Assembly: GCA_951406725.2 (NCBI GenBank)
Contig: OX597823.1
Location: 98,828,001 to 98,892,000, forward strand
Length of the DNA stretch: 64,000 bases
Source: Octopus vulgaris
Lineage: Eukaryota
Direction: 5' to 3'
The notes below the pieces were generated by a model that was not told where the DNA came from, searched no databases, and worked only from the letters and a program-made list of their open reading frames with translations. Position numbers and translations under genes: made by a program. Positions 12,701 through 25,289 of the stretch are shown here, piece after piece (position 1 is the stretch's first letter; the number at the start of each line of letters is the position of its first letter).

Positions 12701-15700
12701 ATAGGATCCTAGTTCCCAATGTAAAGAATTGTAATTAAATACTACAAAATATTTTGTCCAACAACCTACCAAATAAAAGTTTCTTATTAGGCATTCCTGT
12801 CTAATTGTGTAGACCAAAGTGTTCTTGAATTGTCCCTGATATATTACTGGGACTTCTTTTGTTGATGCCAAATATTTAGAATTTTGTGATGCGTTACAAT
12901 TTTGGTAGGATTCATATGACAATTTTGAATTCCATTTCAGTTTTGGTGTTAATCATATCATATGATTGAGACCCATTCTAGTTTCACTCTAACACATCAC
13001 CACATTTCAATTGTGAGACAGTTACTTTATCACTCTATTATCATTGCTATTGCTGTTTAACACTAGGTCAGCCTCAATCAATCAGCTCTATGACAGAAAT
13101 CATTCCAGTCACCCTGTTTATTTATATAGGCAGTGAACTACATTAACCAATAAGTCTTTTAATTACAAAAATTGTAGGAAATAATCTAATAGAGATTTGA
13201 CTGCTATTTCTTGCAGGGCAAGTTACTATATGATTAACCATTCCCCTGTGACACTTTATTTGTTTCTACCAAATCCATTCCCATAGAAATGAGGCAGGGG
13301 AAGACGAGAACCATGTATAATTCATATTATAGAACTTATCACATCAGGCAAACGTTCACAGCCAAAATGTTGATATCCTAACTACTTGAGCATGAAGACC
13401 CTTGGGAACAATGATGAAAGCAGCAGTGGTGATGATGAAGAAGATGATGCTTGTTAATGACACTTCAAACAAGCTTATATATCTGAACTGTTTCATCATC
13501 ATCATCATTATCTGTTTTCCATGCTGGCATGGGTCGGAGAGTTTGACTGGAACTGGTAAGCTGAAGAGCTGCACCAGGCTCCAGTCTGTTTTGGAATGGT
13601 TTCTATGTTTGGATGCCCGTCTTAATGCCAACTGCTCTACAGAGTGTACTGGGTACCTTTTACGTGTCACTGGCATAGGTGCCTTTAATGTGTCACCAAC
13701 ATGGGTGGCTTTAACATGTCACCAGCACAGGTGCCTCTAAAGTGTCACTGGCACTCACCGCAGCTACGATTCCACTAAGCTTGGCATGTCTTCTCAAGCG
13801 AAGCAAATCGCCAACAGTCTTGATCGCTTGTCATCTCTTCCACGAGACTCAGCATCTGAAGCTCATATTCCATCACCTCATCCCATATCTTCCTGTTTAT
13901 GTTTATTCCTGCTGGTACTGCTTGCTTTCAGGATAGCTGTGAACATAGTGTATTATGGTTTAATGTTTGGATCAGCCACTCTGGCAGGAGATTTGTTTGT
14001 GAGTACTTCCTTGATGGCAGCTGTTGAACTGGCTGCATATGTAGTACTGATTTTACTTGTAAGCAAATGTGGCAGAAAAACACTATACAGTACATCAATA
14101 ATTTTGACTGGAATTTTCTGCACTTCATCAGGATTTGTAAAAATTTGGGCAGCAGGTATGTATGACAACCTTCTGAAAGCTTTTTCTAAATAGTGCTTGG
14201 TATCACATATTGTATGGAAACAGATTTAATAATTAGGATATCAGATGAAGAATTAATGTTTAGCTTCTTTTTTACAAGCACAGTACAGTAATTCCTCGAC
14301 TATTGTGGGTGTTACATTCCAACACCTGTGATAGGTGAAAACAGTACTGTACTGTACATTTTTTAAATCATTTTTATAATTTGTATATATTTATTTTATT
14401 ATAAATGCAAAACAATACCACAGAGGAATTGATGTAAGCTTAAATAATAAACCACAATAGGTGAACCACAATATGGCAAGGGATAACTGTACTGGGAAAC
14501 AAGCAGGAGACACTTTCTAATTGTCTTACAAACCATCACTTGTTTGCTCAGATCCTACAGTTTACTCTATGTATACATACACGCATGCATGCAGACAGAT
14601 ACACACACACACATGCTCACACACACATGCACGCACACATGCCTCCAGTTTGACGCCTGTTGTAGAAGGATTCCAACCATCCCCAAGTGACTAAAGGTGG
14701 GCTGACTCACTGTAATAAAAGAAAGAGCTGTGAGTGATCGACAGTTCGTGCTGGTAGCAGTTCACTGTGAGCCTTCGATATAGAGTGTTGGGTCTCATGT
14801 AATAGTAATAGTAGTGCATCCTGTATATGCTTTCTTCCCCTTGCTTCCTTGTATTATATATCCAATACAAGGATATAAAAGTGGTGATGAGTTGTTCAAA
14901 GCATGTACTGAACGTTAAGAATTTTTTTATACAACACCAAAGAAAGTCATTTAACAGGAAGAACTTATTGGCCTCTGTGATGCAGTTGCAACAGCAACAA
15001 CAACCAAACCAACGATTACCGGAATTAATGTTGAAGAAGTCTAAAAATACTTCAGGTTCATACTTGCCAGACAGCGTAGCAAACTCAATTGGAGAATTCA
15101 AATACAACCCAGAAGAAAATATTACTTTCTCTGCATATTTTTGTTAATACAAAGAAATCTTCAAAGAAAGGTTGGTCCAATGAGATAAAAATACGACTAG
15201 TTTTAAGAAAGTTATCCTCTACCAAATATGAAAAATATGGTAACTATATTCTGCCAAAGAAGCCAAGTGAGATTTGTTTCGATGAAACAATATTTTATCG
15301 AAAATTTTCAGTGAAAGAAGTTCCCTGTTCAATACTCACTGACAACGTTTAAATTCGGTCAACAAAAAAAAAAGATGATGATTTTGTCACCTATGCTGGA
15401 GTGGTTAACAGAGAGTGTGAGAAATTCTAACTGAATGAGTTAACCCAGACATGTTCAAGTCTTTAATTTTTGCTCAAGGGCTTACTGCAAGCAAAGATGC
15501 AAATATATGTTCCCAAATATTAACAAAATTAGAACAGAACCAAAATTTAACTCTGCAGGCAGTAGCAGAGGAATGTCAGAGGATTATTAATCTATGACAT
15601 GATGCAAATAAAACTGAAGAGAAAGATTGTTCCCAGATTCAAGCTTATCAATCGGTATCAGATAAGAAAAAATGTCAAGATTAAATCCATCTTATGGGTG

Positions 15701-18700
15701 CAGTAGTCATCATTTAACTGTCAGTTTAAAAATATAAAATGCTACAAATGTGGTAAAATAGGCCATAATAAGTCACACTGTAGGATAGAACCTAAAAAAT
15801 GGTTCAACAGAAAAAATTGTATAAATGGATTATCGGTGACAATAAATACAAATGTCCCTCAAAGAAAATTTGTGTGTGTAAAAATTAATAACACAAACGT
15901 AAAGTTACAATTGGATTCAGGCAGCAACATCTTCCAGCCTTTCTGTACTTCTTTTCATTTTGGCACTAAATCCATTATTGTTCCTACTGCAGAAAACAAA
16001 TGGTTACATGCTACGATCTTCAACTGCTAGAAATATCAATGTAACTCATAATTTCTTTGTAGACGACCTGAAAATTTATGCTAAAAGTGTTAGCAATTCC
16101 AAAAAACAACTGGAATTAATAACAACATTTTCAGCTGATATAGGCATGGAATTTGGCCAAAAGAAATGTTCATATTTAGTTATAGAATGAGGAAAGTCAG
16201 TCCCTTAAACCCAAAACCTATGCATCAAAGGTCACTCTATCTCCCCATTTCACATAAAGAATGTTAAAAGTACCTAGACTTGATGAAAATGTATCATATG
16301 AAGGCACTGTGAATAAAGATAGAGTGACCCAAAAATATTACACCAGACGTAGGAAAATATGGCAGTCGGAACTCTCCTCTTACAACAAAACAATATCCCA
16401 TAATGCATTTCCAGTACCAACATTTGGGAAACTTGATTGGTCTGTAGAGGAAATCCACTCCATAGATATCAAAACCTGCAAAACCCTGACAACAACTGGG
16501 AGCTTCCACAGAAACAGCAAGGCTCTATCTAAGAAGAAATGAAGGTGGTAGAGGCCTGTGTTAGCTACATCCCAAAGATGGATCCTTGTATCTTAGTGGG
16601 AAATCCAAGCCCTCCTCAGTGGAAGATTTAGAACAATTAAAAAATAGAAGTGACATACATATGAAAAGAAAATATAGATGGATGGATGTGTATTTTTTAC
16701 AATTTTTTACCTCTGCAGAATGTTTTAATAAAAGCATATTTTATCAATTAAACCTTATAATGACCATCATCTTTTATTTCAGATATAGGTTGGCTTTCAA
16801 CTCTTCTTTTATTGGTTGGAAAATTTGCAGTTTCAGCAGCATTTGCCATCATTTACAATTACACAACAGAACTCTTTCCCACAGTCATACGTAACACTAT
16901 ACTTGGTTTGAGTTCTTGCTTTGGAAGAATTGGTAGCATGGCAGCCCCTTACGTTCTTGTTGCTGTAAGATAAATTTTTTTACTGTTGAGTTATGAAATA
17001 TATTAATTACATAATTACAATATTAATTATATAATTTCAATAATAATTATAATAATATAATTATACATTTTTATCAGTGAGCTATCGATACCTTCTCTAA
17101 ATTTCTCCAACGTTTTTAGTTTCATTATTTTAATGAGGTAAGCTGTCAGAATTGTTGGCACACCTCATAAAATGCTTAGTAGCATTTCTTCCAGCCTTTC
17201 ATGCTTTTGGGGGTCAATAAAACAAGTACCAGTCATGCAATGGGGTTGATGTAATCAACCTGCCCCTTTCCTAAAATTGCTGGCCTTCTACCAACATTTG
17301 AAACCATGATTTAGTGAGAGGTAATTTTGCAGAATTGATAGATAGTTGGATAAAATGCCTTTTGTTATTTAATTATGATCCTTTATGCTATGAGTTGAAC
17401 ACTTATCAAGTTCAGTTTTGCTTTTCATCCCTCTAAGGTCATTAAAATAAAATAGCAGACAAGTACAGGGATTGATTGAATCAACTTAACTCTCCCCCTA
17501 TATGTGTCAATGTTAAAAATCATTATTTTGACGAGATTCTAAAAATATTGTTACATTGGTTTTTTTCCAAAACTATGATGGAAATAAGACTCTGAATGAT
17601 AAGAAATTGTGTTAATGGATGAATAACCATTTTGTATGTCAACTCTTTTACTTTGAATGGAAAATGTAAAGTATTTTTCTTCTAAGAATATAATATGATT
17701 TGATTCAAGATGCAAAAACAGGGTTTCAATTCTTGATCTTTCAACAGTCAGTTTATTGACTTCAGTAACCTAGTTCATGTCTTCACCAACTTGTTTTAAT
17801 ACACTGAAATCTAAATAGAAGCATCATAACCAGAAAGACAAATGGAGCATGGCTGGGTATAAACTTAGAATTATAATAAATGTCTCGGTGAATTTCTTGT
17901 GTAGTCTTCTGTGAGTAATATCAGGAAATCTATGAATTTTGATGGATATTCAAATACTGACCAGGTATCAGCGAGGAATGATTAAAGAGGAGATTCTTTG
18001 AAGAATGATTTTACTCATTCCTTGAACAACTGAAATTCAGAATACTAATAAAAATCTGTCCATTATGCATTGATTGAATTAACTGGATTGATAAATACTA
18101 ATTGATATCTTTCAAAAATTAATTAGTGTAGTTATGAACTTTTTGATCAATTAATTAAACAGAATTTAATTTAAATTTACAAACATAAATTGATTTTGAG
18201 TATTAAATTAAGAGTGAATGAGATTATAGGTTTAAAGAATGCATGAATGTAAAATACAGTGGATATAAACGAAAAACAGCCACGAGCAAGCATTTCATGA
18301 AGCATTTGTGTTTTTCATCTAATTACAGGGAACAGAAATGAAATCTAAATTTGGCATTGGTTTACCTGTTATTCTCTTTGGAATTTTTGCTATAGTGGCT
18401 GGTGTATTATCTACATTTCTTCCTGAGACTAAAGGGTATAATTTACCAGACACATTTGAAGAGGGAGAAAATATAGGAAAGTAAGTTTTGTTGTTTTTCT
18501 CTTCTGTAAGAGATAAAATCCATATTATAAATCATCATCATTACCATCATTATTTAATGTCAGTTATCCATGCTGGCATGGGTTGGAGGTTTTGACAGGA
18601 CCTGGCAAGCCATAGAACTGCACTAGGTTCTATTGTTTCTACAGATGCATGCCTTTCCTAAAGCCTTTCCTAAAGTGAAGTGTCACAGAGTGTACTGGGT

Positions 18701-19358
18701 GCTTTTTCTGTAACACCAGAGAGGTCAACAAATAACTTGCAAAACAAAGATCCCTGACTAGGAGGGGGAGTAATATTGAGGGAGGTGGCTTGTGTGCCAG
18801 TTGGGGGGTTAAAGTATAATAAAGGGATGAAAATAGGTGTCTTGCTATAGAGGAGATACTTGGCTACTCCAGATATATCATTCAGCAGGTGGGACATGAA
18901 TCTGTACTACCTGGCTGTAGTACAGTGCTTCCTGGTTATAGTAGAAGTGAGTAATTAGCTCAATCACAATATCGTTTGATATTTCAGAATCTCACTTGAT
19001 TCAACAGCTTTCTCTGCATTCATATTCTTAATGACCATTCAACCATGTAACCATCAACTTCAAAAGCGGGTCTCTCTGTTGGATCAAATGGAAGAATGGC
19101 ATATGGAGAATGTCTTTCTCCCAAACATATTTCACATTCAGCAATCTCTTGATGTAACATTTCCAAGGCTCTTTCTTCTCGATGTCTGTCTGGGTATAAG
19201 GAGAGCACTGTCATTCCAAACATATTACTTCCTAACTATATCTTGTCATTCACACAAACACTGTTTTTGCAATTCAGGTTTATAAAATTAACTCTTTTTC
19301 TAGGAAAGTGAAGCATAAAACTAATGGTGAAGATAATAATGGAATGGTTTCAGACTAA
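151..19358 (+). CDS. SLC22-family (organic cation/anion transporter-like, MFS) gene A; 5' part lies upstream of the window; exons 151-305, 5623-5791, 11257-11475, 13932-14155, 16783-16964, 18329-18480, 19304-19358
   Basis: Seven GT-AG-bounded exons splice in frame. They carry SLC22 motifs: [45 protein letters not shown]. Exon lengths 155/169/224/182/152 match gene B. Confidence 0.93.
491..762. repeat. Foldback (inverted-repeat) element with a hammerhead motif in each arm
   Basis: Arms ~491-606 and ~643-762 are diverged reverse complements. Confidence 0.8.
681..735 (+). ncRNA. Type I hammerhead ribozyme motif, C3-G8 core; inverted copy at 517-570 (-)
   Basis: GTGC-CTGAAGA-[ATATGTTTGAGA tatt TCTCAACATAT]-GAAA-CTATTAG-TG-GCAC. 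The minus copy has a GUA site but a stem I mismatch. Confidence 0.7.
1211..2401 (+). mobile_element. Tc1/mariner-superfamily DNA transposon (maT/DD37D-like), degenerate transposase
   Basis: ~25-bp TIRs (CAGGGTCTTGCAGATAAATTGAGAC / GTCTCAATTTATCTACAAGAGCCTG), TA on both flanks; frameshifted fragments IQDSAPCH and [13 protein letters not shown]. Confidence 0.88.
3144..3189 (-). ncRNA. Decayed type I hammerhead motif (C3-A8 mismatch, probably CpG decay)
   Basis: Reverse complement: TGT-CTGACAA-ATG ggaa CAT-GAAA-CTCTGAG-TA-ACA. Confidence 0.55.
5623..5791 (+). CDS. SLC22 gene A exon (169 nt): [12 protein letters not shown]...[10 protein letters not shown]
   Basis: Polypyrimidine tract + ag, gtaagt donor, REWR motif; same length as gene B exon 5. 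Confidence 0.9.
7484..7766. repeat. Foldback element with degenerate hammerhead-like motifs
   Basis: Arms ~7484-7612 and ~7646-7766 are inverted; CTGYRGA-R-GAGY..GCTY-RAAA-TG-TA-AAGG in both arms. Confidence 0.6.
8187..8417 (-). mobile_element. tRNA-derived SINE (Meta-core-like)
   Basis: Reverse complement starts GGCGGCGAGCTGGCAGAAACGTTAGC, with B-box-like GAGTTCAAATTCC and core GCCTTTCACCCTTTCGGGGTTGATAAAATAAGTACC; near-identical copy at 43667-43888. Confidence 0.85.
8435..10930 (-). mobile_element. Ty3/Gypsy LTR retrotransposon relic (RT-RNaseH-integrase, PPT, 3' LTR)
   Basis: Fragments [20 protein letters not shown] (RT), LETDVSDY (RNaseH), [16 protein letters not shown] and [10 protein letters not shown] (IN). 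Polypurine tract at 8752-8766 (reverse complement) abuts TG. Many stops and frameshifts. Confidence 0.9.
11257..11475 (+). CDS. SLC22 gene A exon (219 nt): [14 protein letters not shown]...FFNW
   Basis: ESPRWL motif, aag acceptor, gtaagt donor; lies inside ORF 11204..11479. Confidence 0.92.
11490..12029. mobile_element. Possible hAT/Charlie-like non-autonomous element
   Basis: Degenerate TIRs CTGTGGTTTCTCAA ... TTGAGAACCTCTG. Confidence 0.4.
13495..13900 (-). mobile_element. RTE-LINE 3' end fragment
   Basis: Similar to the 3' UTR and (CAT)n tail of 54135-54660. Confidence 0.65.
13932..14155 (+). CDS. SLC22 gene A exon (224 nt): [10 protein letters not shown]...CGRK...KIWAA
   Basis: cag acceptor, gtatgt donor; TM7-9 motifs; lies inside ORF 13786..14193. 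Confidence 0.92.
14286..14489. mobile_element. Tigger/pogo-like MITE
   Basis: TA-CAGTAATTCCTCG ... AAGGGATAACTG-TA degenerate TIRs, ~200 bp. Confidence 0.6.
14658..15925 (+). mobile_element. Ty3/Gypsy relic: LTR, gag (CCHC knuckle) and start of protease
   Basis: TGTTGTAG start; [14 protein letters not shown] at ~15739-15780; KLQLDSGS aspartic-protease motif; degenerate. Confidence 0.8.
15926..16560 (+). mobile_element. RLE-clade (R4/Dong-like) LINE reverse-transcriptase fragment
   Basis: ALNPL..., [27 protein letters not shown]. Confidence 0.75.
16783..16964 (+). CDS. SLC22 gene A exon (182 nt): [26 protein letters not shown]...[10 protein letters not shown]
   Basis: ELFPT..RN signature; cag acceptor, gtaaga donor. 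Confidence 0.93.
18329..18480 (+). CDS. SLC22 gene A exon (152 nt): ...LPVILFG...[17 protein letters not shown]
   Basis: LPET/LPDT motif; cag acceptor, gtaagt donor. Confidence 0.92.
19304..19358 (+). CDS. SLC22 gene A terminal coding exon ([17 protein letters not shown])
   Basis: ctttttctag acceptor, phase-compatible, TAA stop; short and poorly conserved, so less certain. Confidence 0.6.
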
Positions 19359-20261
19359 TCCATGAAACTCTTTTTGGAGGGTAAAGAAAACTTTTAATGA
19401 AAGATCAACTGATGTACGAATATATGCCGCAGAACCAGTATAGGTATCTGGCAGTCTTAAAGCACAAACTGTCCTGTCTGTGATTGAAATGTTCAATTTG
19501 TATTTGATACTTTGAAGAAACTTAGATGATTGCAACATTCGTACATGACAACATTACAACAAAAAAATAACAACAATAAGGAAATTTAAATAATTACAAA
19601 CACTGAAAAATAGCACAACTGCAACGATGATTCTGACAATGATTTCTTTTGACTTGGAATAAGATCAGTTGTGAATGATGAAGGATCCTCCTTTGCAGTT
19701 GAATGGACCTCACTGTATAACAGGTATTTGTTATCATCCTACCACAAGCATGCAATTCACAAACATACGGAAATCAAAGTTTACTTTTTTATCCTTTTCT
19801 TTTTATAAATCTTACAATAGACCCAATCTGGAAAATGGAAACTTAATAAAAAGAAAGAACATTGCCAAAATATGTGAAAATCCAAAATATATTTAAATAA
19901 AAATAAAAATATCAACAGAAAAAAAACAATGTCATATACAAGGTAATATTTTGCATAGTTCTTTTTACATGGCTTTTTGCAGTGTTTTTCTTTTTTGCAC
20001 AAATGAATTTGTGCTAAGAAAAATAATGCCAATAAAATAATGGCATTGAATTGGTTAAATCATTTAAGTAGTGGTGTAGAGAATGTCATATAAAAAAAAA
20101 TCTTTATGAATTAAAATTTATTTCTTATTGTATCTGGAGAGAGTCATTTCCTTTTTGTGCCTTATAATGTAACACACTCACCGGTAAAATTTCCACATTT
20201 TCTTATTTTTATTTTCCTAAAATTTTCGTTGCATCTTGCAACCTTTTCAATAGTTTTGAGG

Positions 20262-21316
20262 CCCAACATTCAAAGATCATGATTCACCACTTCGTCCCAT
20301 GTCTTCCTGGGTCTACCTCTTCCACAGATTCCCTTCACAGTTAGAGATCGGCACTTCTTTACACAACTGCCTTCATCCATACACATTACAGGACCATACC
20401 AATGCAGTCATCTCTCTTGCACATCACATCTGACGCCTCTTATACCCAAGTTTTCTTACATTCTGTCATACATGCACACTGATATTGCACATCCAGTGAA
20501 GCATGCTAGCTTCATTTCTTACAAGCCTACACATGCCTTCAGTGGTCACAGACCATGTTTCACTGCCATGTAGCATAACAATTCACACACAAACATCATA
20601 CAAAATGCCTTTCAATCTGAGGGAGAGGCCCTTTGTTACCAACAGAAGTAGAAACTCTCCGAACTTTGCCCAGCCTATTCTTATTCTTGCAGCTACACTT
20701 TTGGAGCATCCACCTCCACTACTGACTTGGTCACCTAGGTAATGGAAGCTATCAACTATCTCTAGCTTACTTCACTGGCATTTGATGGAGTCTATTTTCT
20801 GTACATTTTTAGTGTTTACAGAACCTGTGCATCTTCCACACATAAAAACTATTTTCCAAGTTAAACTTCTGATATTGCTGCACTTCTTATGTGTCCATAG
20901 CTTGCACTCAGTACATCTTATAGAGTTTCTACAAATTGAGCAGGGTCATCTACCTGAAGAGATTTGTGATTTGTGATTTATCTACCTTCCTACTTACTAA
21001 GACTTTGGTTTATGCTAGGTTAACTTTAATGCCCATCAATTCTACACCTTGCATCTACACCTAAAATTTCTTCTCTAGTTCTTATAGTGATTCAGTTATA
21101 AGAACAAGGTCATCAGCAGAGAGGAGCTCCCAGGGGCAGCCTGTCTTAAATTCTCCTGTTATTACCTGGAGGACTATGATGAACAAGTTGGGGCTGAGGA
21201 CTGATCCTTGGTGAACACCTACTTGTACCCTGAATCCATTACTATACTCGTTGCCAAACCTCCCTTACTGACAACATGTCCCTGTATATGACTTGTATAG
21301 CTCTCACCAACCAGCT
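20262..21316 (-). mobile_element. RTE-LINE fragment (older, diverged copy)
   Basis: Collinear with 54730-55790 (RT C-terminal region). Confidence 0.85.
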
Positions 21317-22239
21317 CCTTTCAATTCACTTCAGGGTAAGGGTAGTGCAAATGCATGTGATATTTTGAGGTTTATCAACTTTTGGTTAAGTCACCAATTT
21401 TGTTGTGAAGAGAATAATAGAAAGAAAGTCCAGTATGGAAGAAATCTTTGACAACTCTGTGTAACATTAAAAATAGCTGTTTCAGAATATTATATAACAT
21501 GAGTTTCTTCTGAATACCTACCAATTCTGGTGTATGAGCATGCTTAGTCATGTGTATGCAAAATCTAGAGTGAAACTGTCGGCAGGATAAGTATGAGTCA
21601 AAATGTGTTATGTGCTTGTGACAACAGTAAGGGGACTGATCATAATATTTGCATATGGTAAATAGACTAACTAGTCCAAGAGTACTTGGAAGCACTTTTG
21701 TGGTCACTGGCAATGAATGCTACTGATGTTGTTCATACTTGATGCGTTGTGGGCAGCTTGGCCCCGAGCCAGTTGGCTAAGGGTTCAAATATAGTCTTCT
21801 CTGTTGATGTGTTTCAGTTGAAAACTAGAATGCAAGTATCAAATAACTTCTCATTATTTCTTTACATTTTAGAAGCTAAGAGAATGAATTCCAGTTAATA
21901 AAGTGGTGAAAGTAATATTGATACATCTGATTAGAAAATACAAGATAAAATAACATTCTTGCTTGTGAAGTAGAAAAAATATCAATACAACAAATACAAG
22001 CTGATAATGATACCAAGGTTTATGGGAAGTAGATCAAGAATTTGGAGTTTTAATATTGATTCTGTTACACTTGCCATCCTTATTCATAGCTTCATCCCAG
22101 TGCCTATCTGCAGCAGGATGTCTGAGCTTAATCAAACTCCTAGTCTTTTAACATGACAACCAGATTGAGCCCAGTGCTCAACTGGTACTTATTTTGTCAA
22201 CCCTAAAAGGATGAAAGGCAAGTCGACCCCAGCAGCACT

Positions 22240-22790
22240 ACTAAAAGAGACACAATAATGTGGTTTGTTCACTGGAGACTGTTTGAAAAGTACAGTCTGG
22301 GCAGAACACCAAAATGATACAAGCATAAACCAGAGGGCATCACTAAGAACAATAACTATGAGACCCTGTGGGATTTTAAAATCCAGTGTGAGTCCCTAAT
22401 TGATGTTTGGTGACCAGACATTGTTATGGTAGATAAAAGAAAAAAGGAAATGAAGATCATAGATATTGCCATATCTGAGGATGCACATGTAGATGATAAA
22501 GAGCTGGAAAAGATGGAGAAATACAGACTACTAAAAGACGAAACTGCAAGAATGTGGGCAATGAGGAGAGTAACTATTATCCCAGTTGTTGTAGGGGCAG
22601 TGGGAGTACTAACAACCATGTTCGAGAAATATGTCAGAGAAATTAGGGACAGCTAGGATTTTGAGATTAGTGCTTAGGTGTTGAGAGTCTTCCATGATAA
22701 GTTAACATCCAAGTACCAAAGCTTATAATTAGCAGAAAGAGACTCTGTGTGACGTCTGACAACAGGTTGCTGTCTGCTTTCACAGAATCA
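22240..22790 (+). mobile_element. R4/Dong-like LINE 3' fragment (restriction-like endonuclease domain)
   Basis: PDIVMVDK...IIDIAISED...KMEKY..L...IIPVVVGAVG; PD-(D/E)xK-type REL motif. Confidence 0.8.
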
Positions 22791-23051
22791 CCCAGAGCAA
22801 GTAAGACTGAGAGCTCTGAGAAGTACAGTAATGATAATAATTCTTTCTGCTATTGGTACAAGACCTGAAATTTTAGGGGTAGAGGCTAGTTGGTTACATT
22901 GATCACAGTGACATACTGTCATGACCCCATATGGATGAAATGCAAAGCTGATCTCAGCAGAATTTGAACACAGAATGTAAAGATGGACAAAATGCCGCAA
23001 AGTATCTTGTTTGGCATACTAATGATTCTGCCAGGTTACTGCCTTAATGAC

Positions 23052-23128
<77 letters not shown>

Positions 23129-23587
23129 CAACAACAACAATAATAAATAATAATAATAGGCGTAGGAGTGGCTGTGTGGTAAGTAGCTTGCTATCCAACC
23201 ACATGGTCCCGGGTTCAGTCCCACTGCGTGGCATCTTGGGCAAGTGTCTTCTACTATAGCCCCGGGCCGACCAATGCCTTGTGAGTGGATTTGGTAGACG
23301 GAAACTGAAAGAAGCCTGTCGTATATATGTATATATATATATATATGTATGTATGTATGTGTGTGTTTGTGTGTCTGCTGTGTTTGTCCCCCTAGCATTG
23401 CTTGACAACCGATGCTGGTGTGTTTACGTCCCCGTAACTTAGCGGTTCGGCAAAAGAGACCGATAGATTAAGTACTGGGCTTACAAAGAATAAGTCCCGG
23501 GGTCGAGTTGCTCGACTAAAGGCGGTGCTCCAGCATGGCCACAGTCAAAATGACTGAAACAAGTAAAAGAAAAGAAAGAAAGAAAGA

Positions 23588-23669
<82 letters not shown>

Positions 23670-23680
23670 TAATAATAATA

Positions 23681-23713
<33 letters not shown>

Positions 23714-23716
23714 ATA

Positions 23717-23769
<53 letters not shown>

Positions 23770-23777
23770 TAACAATA

Positions 23778-23834
<57 letters not shown>

Positions 23835-23846
23835 TAATAATAATAA
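23052..23846. repeat. (TAA)n microsatellite blocks flanking a SINE
   Basis: Long TAA runs at ~23052-23158 and ~23588-23846. Confidence 0.9.
23159..23570 (+). mobile_element. tRNA-derived SINE with internal microsatellite, full length
   Basis: GGCGTAGGAGTGGCTGTGTGGTAAG (A box) ... GGTTCAGTCCC (B box); related copies at 34315-34698 (-), 43220-43580 (-), 44440-44750 (+), 27665-27820 (+). Confidence 0.85.
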
Positions 23847-24224
23847 TGGTTTCAAATTTTTGCAGTGGAATTTGAACTCAGAATGTACAGACAGGCAAAA
23901 TGTCATTAAGCATTATGTCTGGCATGTCTGGCATGCTACCGATTCTGCCAACCTACTGTCTTACTGCCATGTTATAATGGTTTCAAATTTTGGCAGAAGA
24001 CCAACATTTTTGGTAAGGGGATAAGTCAATTACATTGACTCCAGTCCTCAACTGGGACTTATTTTGTCAACCCTGAAAGAAAGAGAGGCAAAGCTGACCT
24101 TGGCAGAATTTGAACTCAGAATGTAAAGACAGATGATTCTCCCAAGACAACAAAATCTAAACAGATGAAATGCCACTAAGTATTTTGTCTGGCATGTTAA
24201 TGATTCCACCACTACCTTACTTCT

Positions 24225-24476
24225 TTCTTTGCACCCTTTTAAAGCCTAGCCAGGCTCATGGGTTCAGTTTCCCGTTTTTATGGTGTATGTGTTCCCCAGC
24301 TGGACGGGACGCCAGTCCATCGCAGCGTTACTCATTTTTGCCAGCTGAGTGGACTGGAGCAACGTGAAATGAAGTGTTTTGCTCAAGAACACAACGCATC
24401 GCCCGGTCCAGGAATCGAAACCACAATCTTACGATCATGATGCTAACACCCTAACCACTAAGCCACATGCCTCCAC
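24225..24476 (-). mobile_element. tRNA-derived SINE (third family)
   Basis: Reverse complement: GGAGGCATGTGGCTTAGTGGTTAGGGTG...GTTTCGATTCC; related copy at ~49551-49825 (+). Confidence 0.8.
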
Positions 24477-25146
24477 ACTACCTTACTACCATGTCATAAT
24501 AATAATAATTGTTTCTAACATGGACACAAAGCCTAAAATTAAAGGAAGCAGGTTAGTCAATTATATTAACTTTAGCATGAAAATGGTTCTTTATTTTATC
24601 AATGCCTGAGAGATGACAGGTTAAGTTGATCTCATTGGGATTTGAACTTAGAACATAAAGAACTGCAACAATTACTGCAAAGCATTTTAGCCCAGTGTTC
24701 TAACAATACTGCCAATCAAGCAATAAAAAGGGTAAATGATAATTAAATTAATGATTTCAATTTTTGGCACAAGGCCAGCAATTTCAGGGAAGGGGATAAG
24801 TCAATTACATCAGCCCCAGTATTCTACTGGTACTTATTTTATCAGCCTCAAAAAGGATGAAAGGCAAAGGTAACCTCAGCAGATTTGAAATCAGAATGTA
24901 AAGACAGATGAAATGCCACTAAGCATTTTGTCCAGTGTTCTAACGAGTCTGCCAACTTGCCAATTTAAAGATTAAATTAGTAATAACAGTTTAATTAAAA
25001 CTTACCTATAGTAATTTTAATACAGTTGGTTGGCATTACATGATGATAAGCTGTTTAAGTGTTAGATAAAATAAGTTTATCAAGTAATAGTTGAAAAACA
25101 AACAAAACTGTTAAATTTATTATTTTTTCTCAAATTATAAAAACTA

Positions 25147-25289
25147 ATGGATAGTGAAGTAGTCATTTCAAGTATTGGTGGGTTTGGACGCTACCAAAAG
25201 ATCCAGCTTGCTATATTCAGTGTTCCTTGGATTGGCGGGGGACTTCAACTTGCCCTTGCTATCTTTATATTAAGAGTCCCAGCATTCAG
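25147..25289 (+). CDS. SLC22 gene B exon 1 ([20 protein letters not shown]...VPAFR)
   Basis: G-x-FGRYQ N-terminal SLC22 signature; gtaaca donor. Confidence 0.92.

Noticed and set aside
8435-15925. The two Gypsy fragments as halves of one element disrupting gene A
   Set aside because: They are on opposite strands in different introns with intact exons between them, and I saw no LTR identity; treated as separate relics.
19020-19285. Short ORFs in the last intron of gene A as an alternative exon or separate gene
   Set aside because: No recognisable domain or convincing phase-compatible splice sites; probably a decayed retroelement scrap.
23159-23232. tRNA-like sequences with A/B boxes (also near 8340-8417, 24410-24476, 49551-49615)
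   Set aside because: They continue into repeated SINE bodies, and I could not fold clean cloverleaves; these are SINE heads, not tRNA genes.
23019-23906. ORFs with poly-Ile/Leu/Tyr/Asn tracts (also near 30195, 35467, 37646, 57936, 59956)
   Set aside because: Translations of TAA, GGT, CAT and TA microsatellites and SINEs; no splice or codon evidence.
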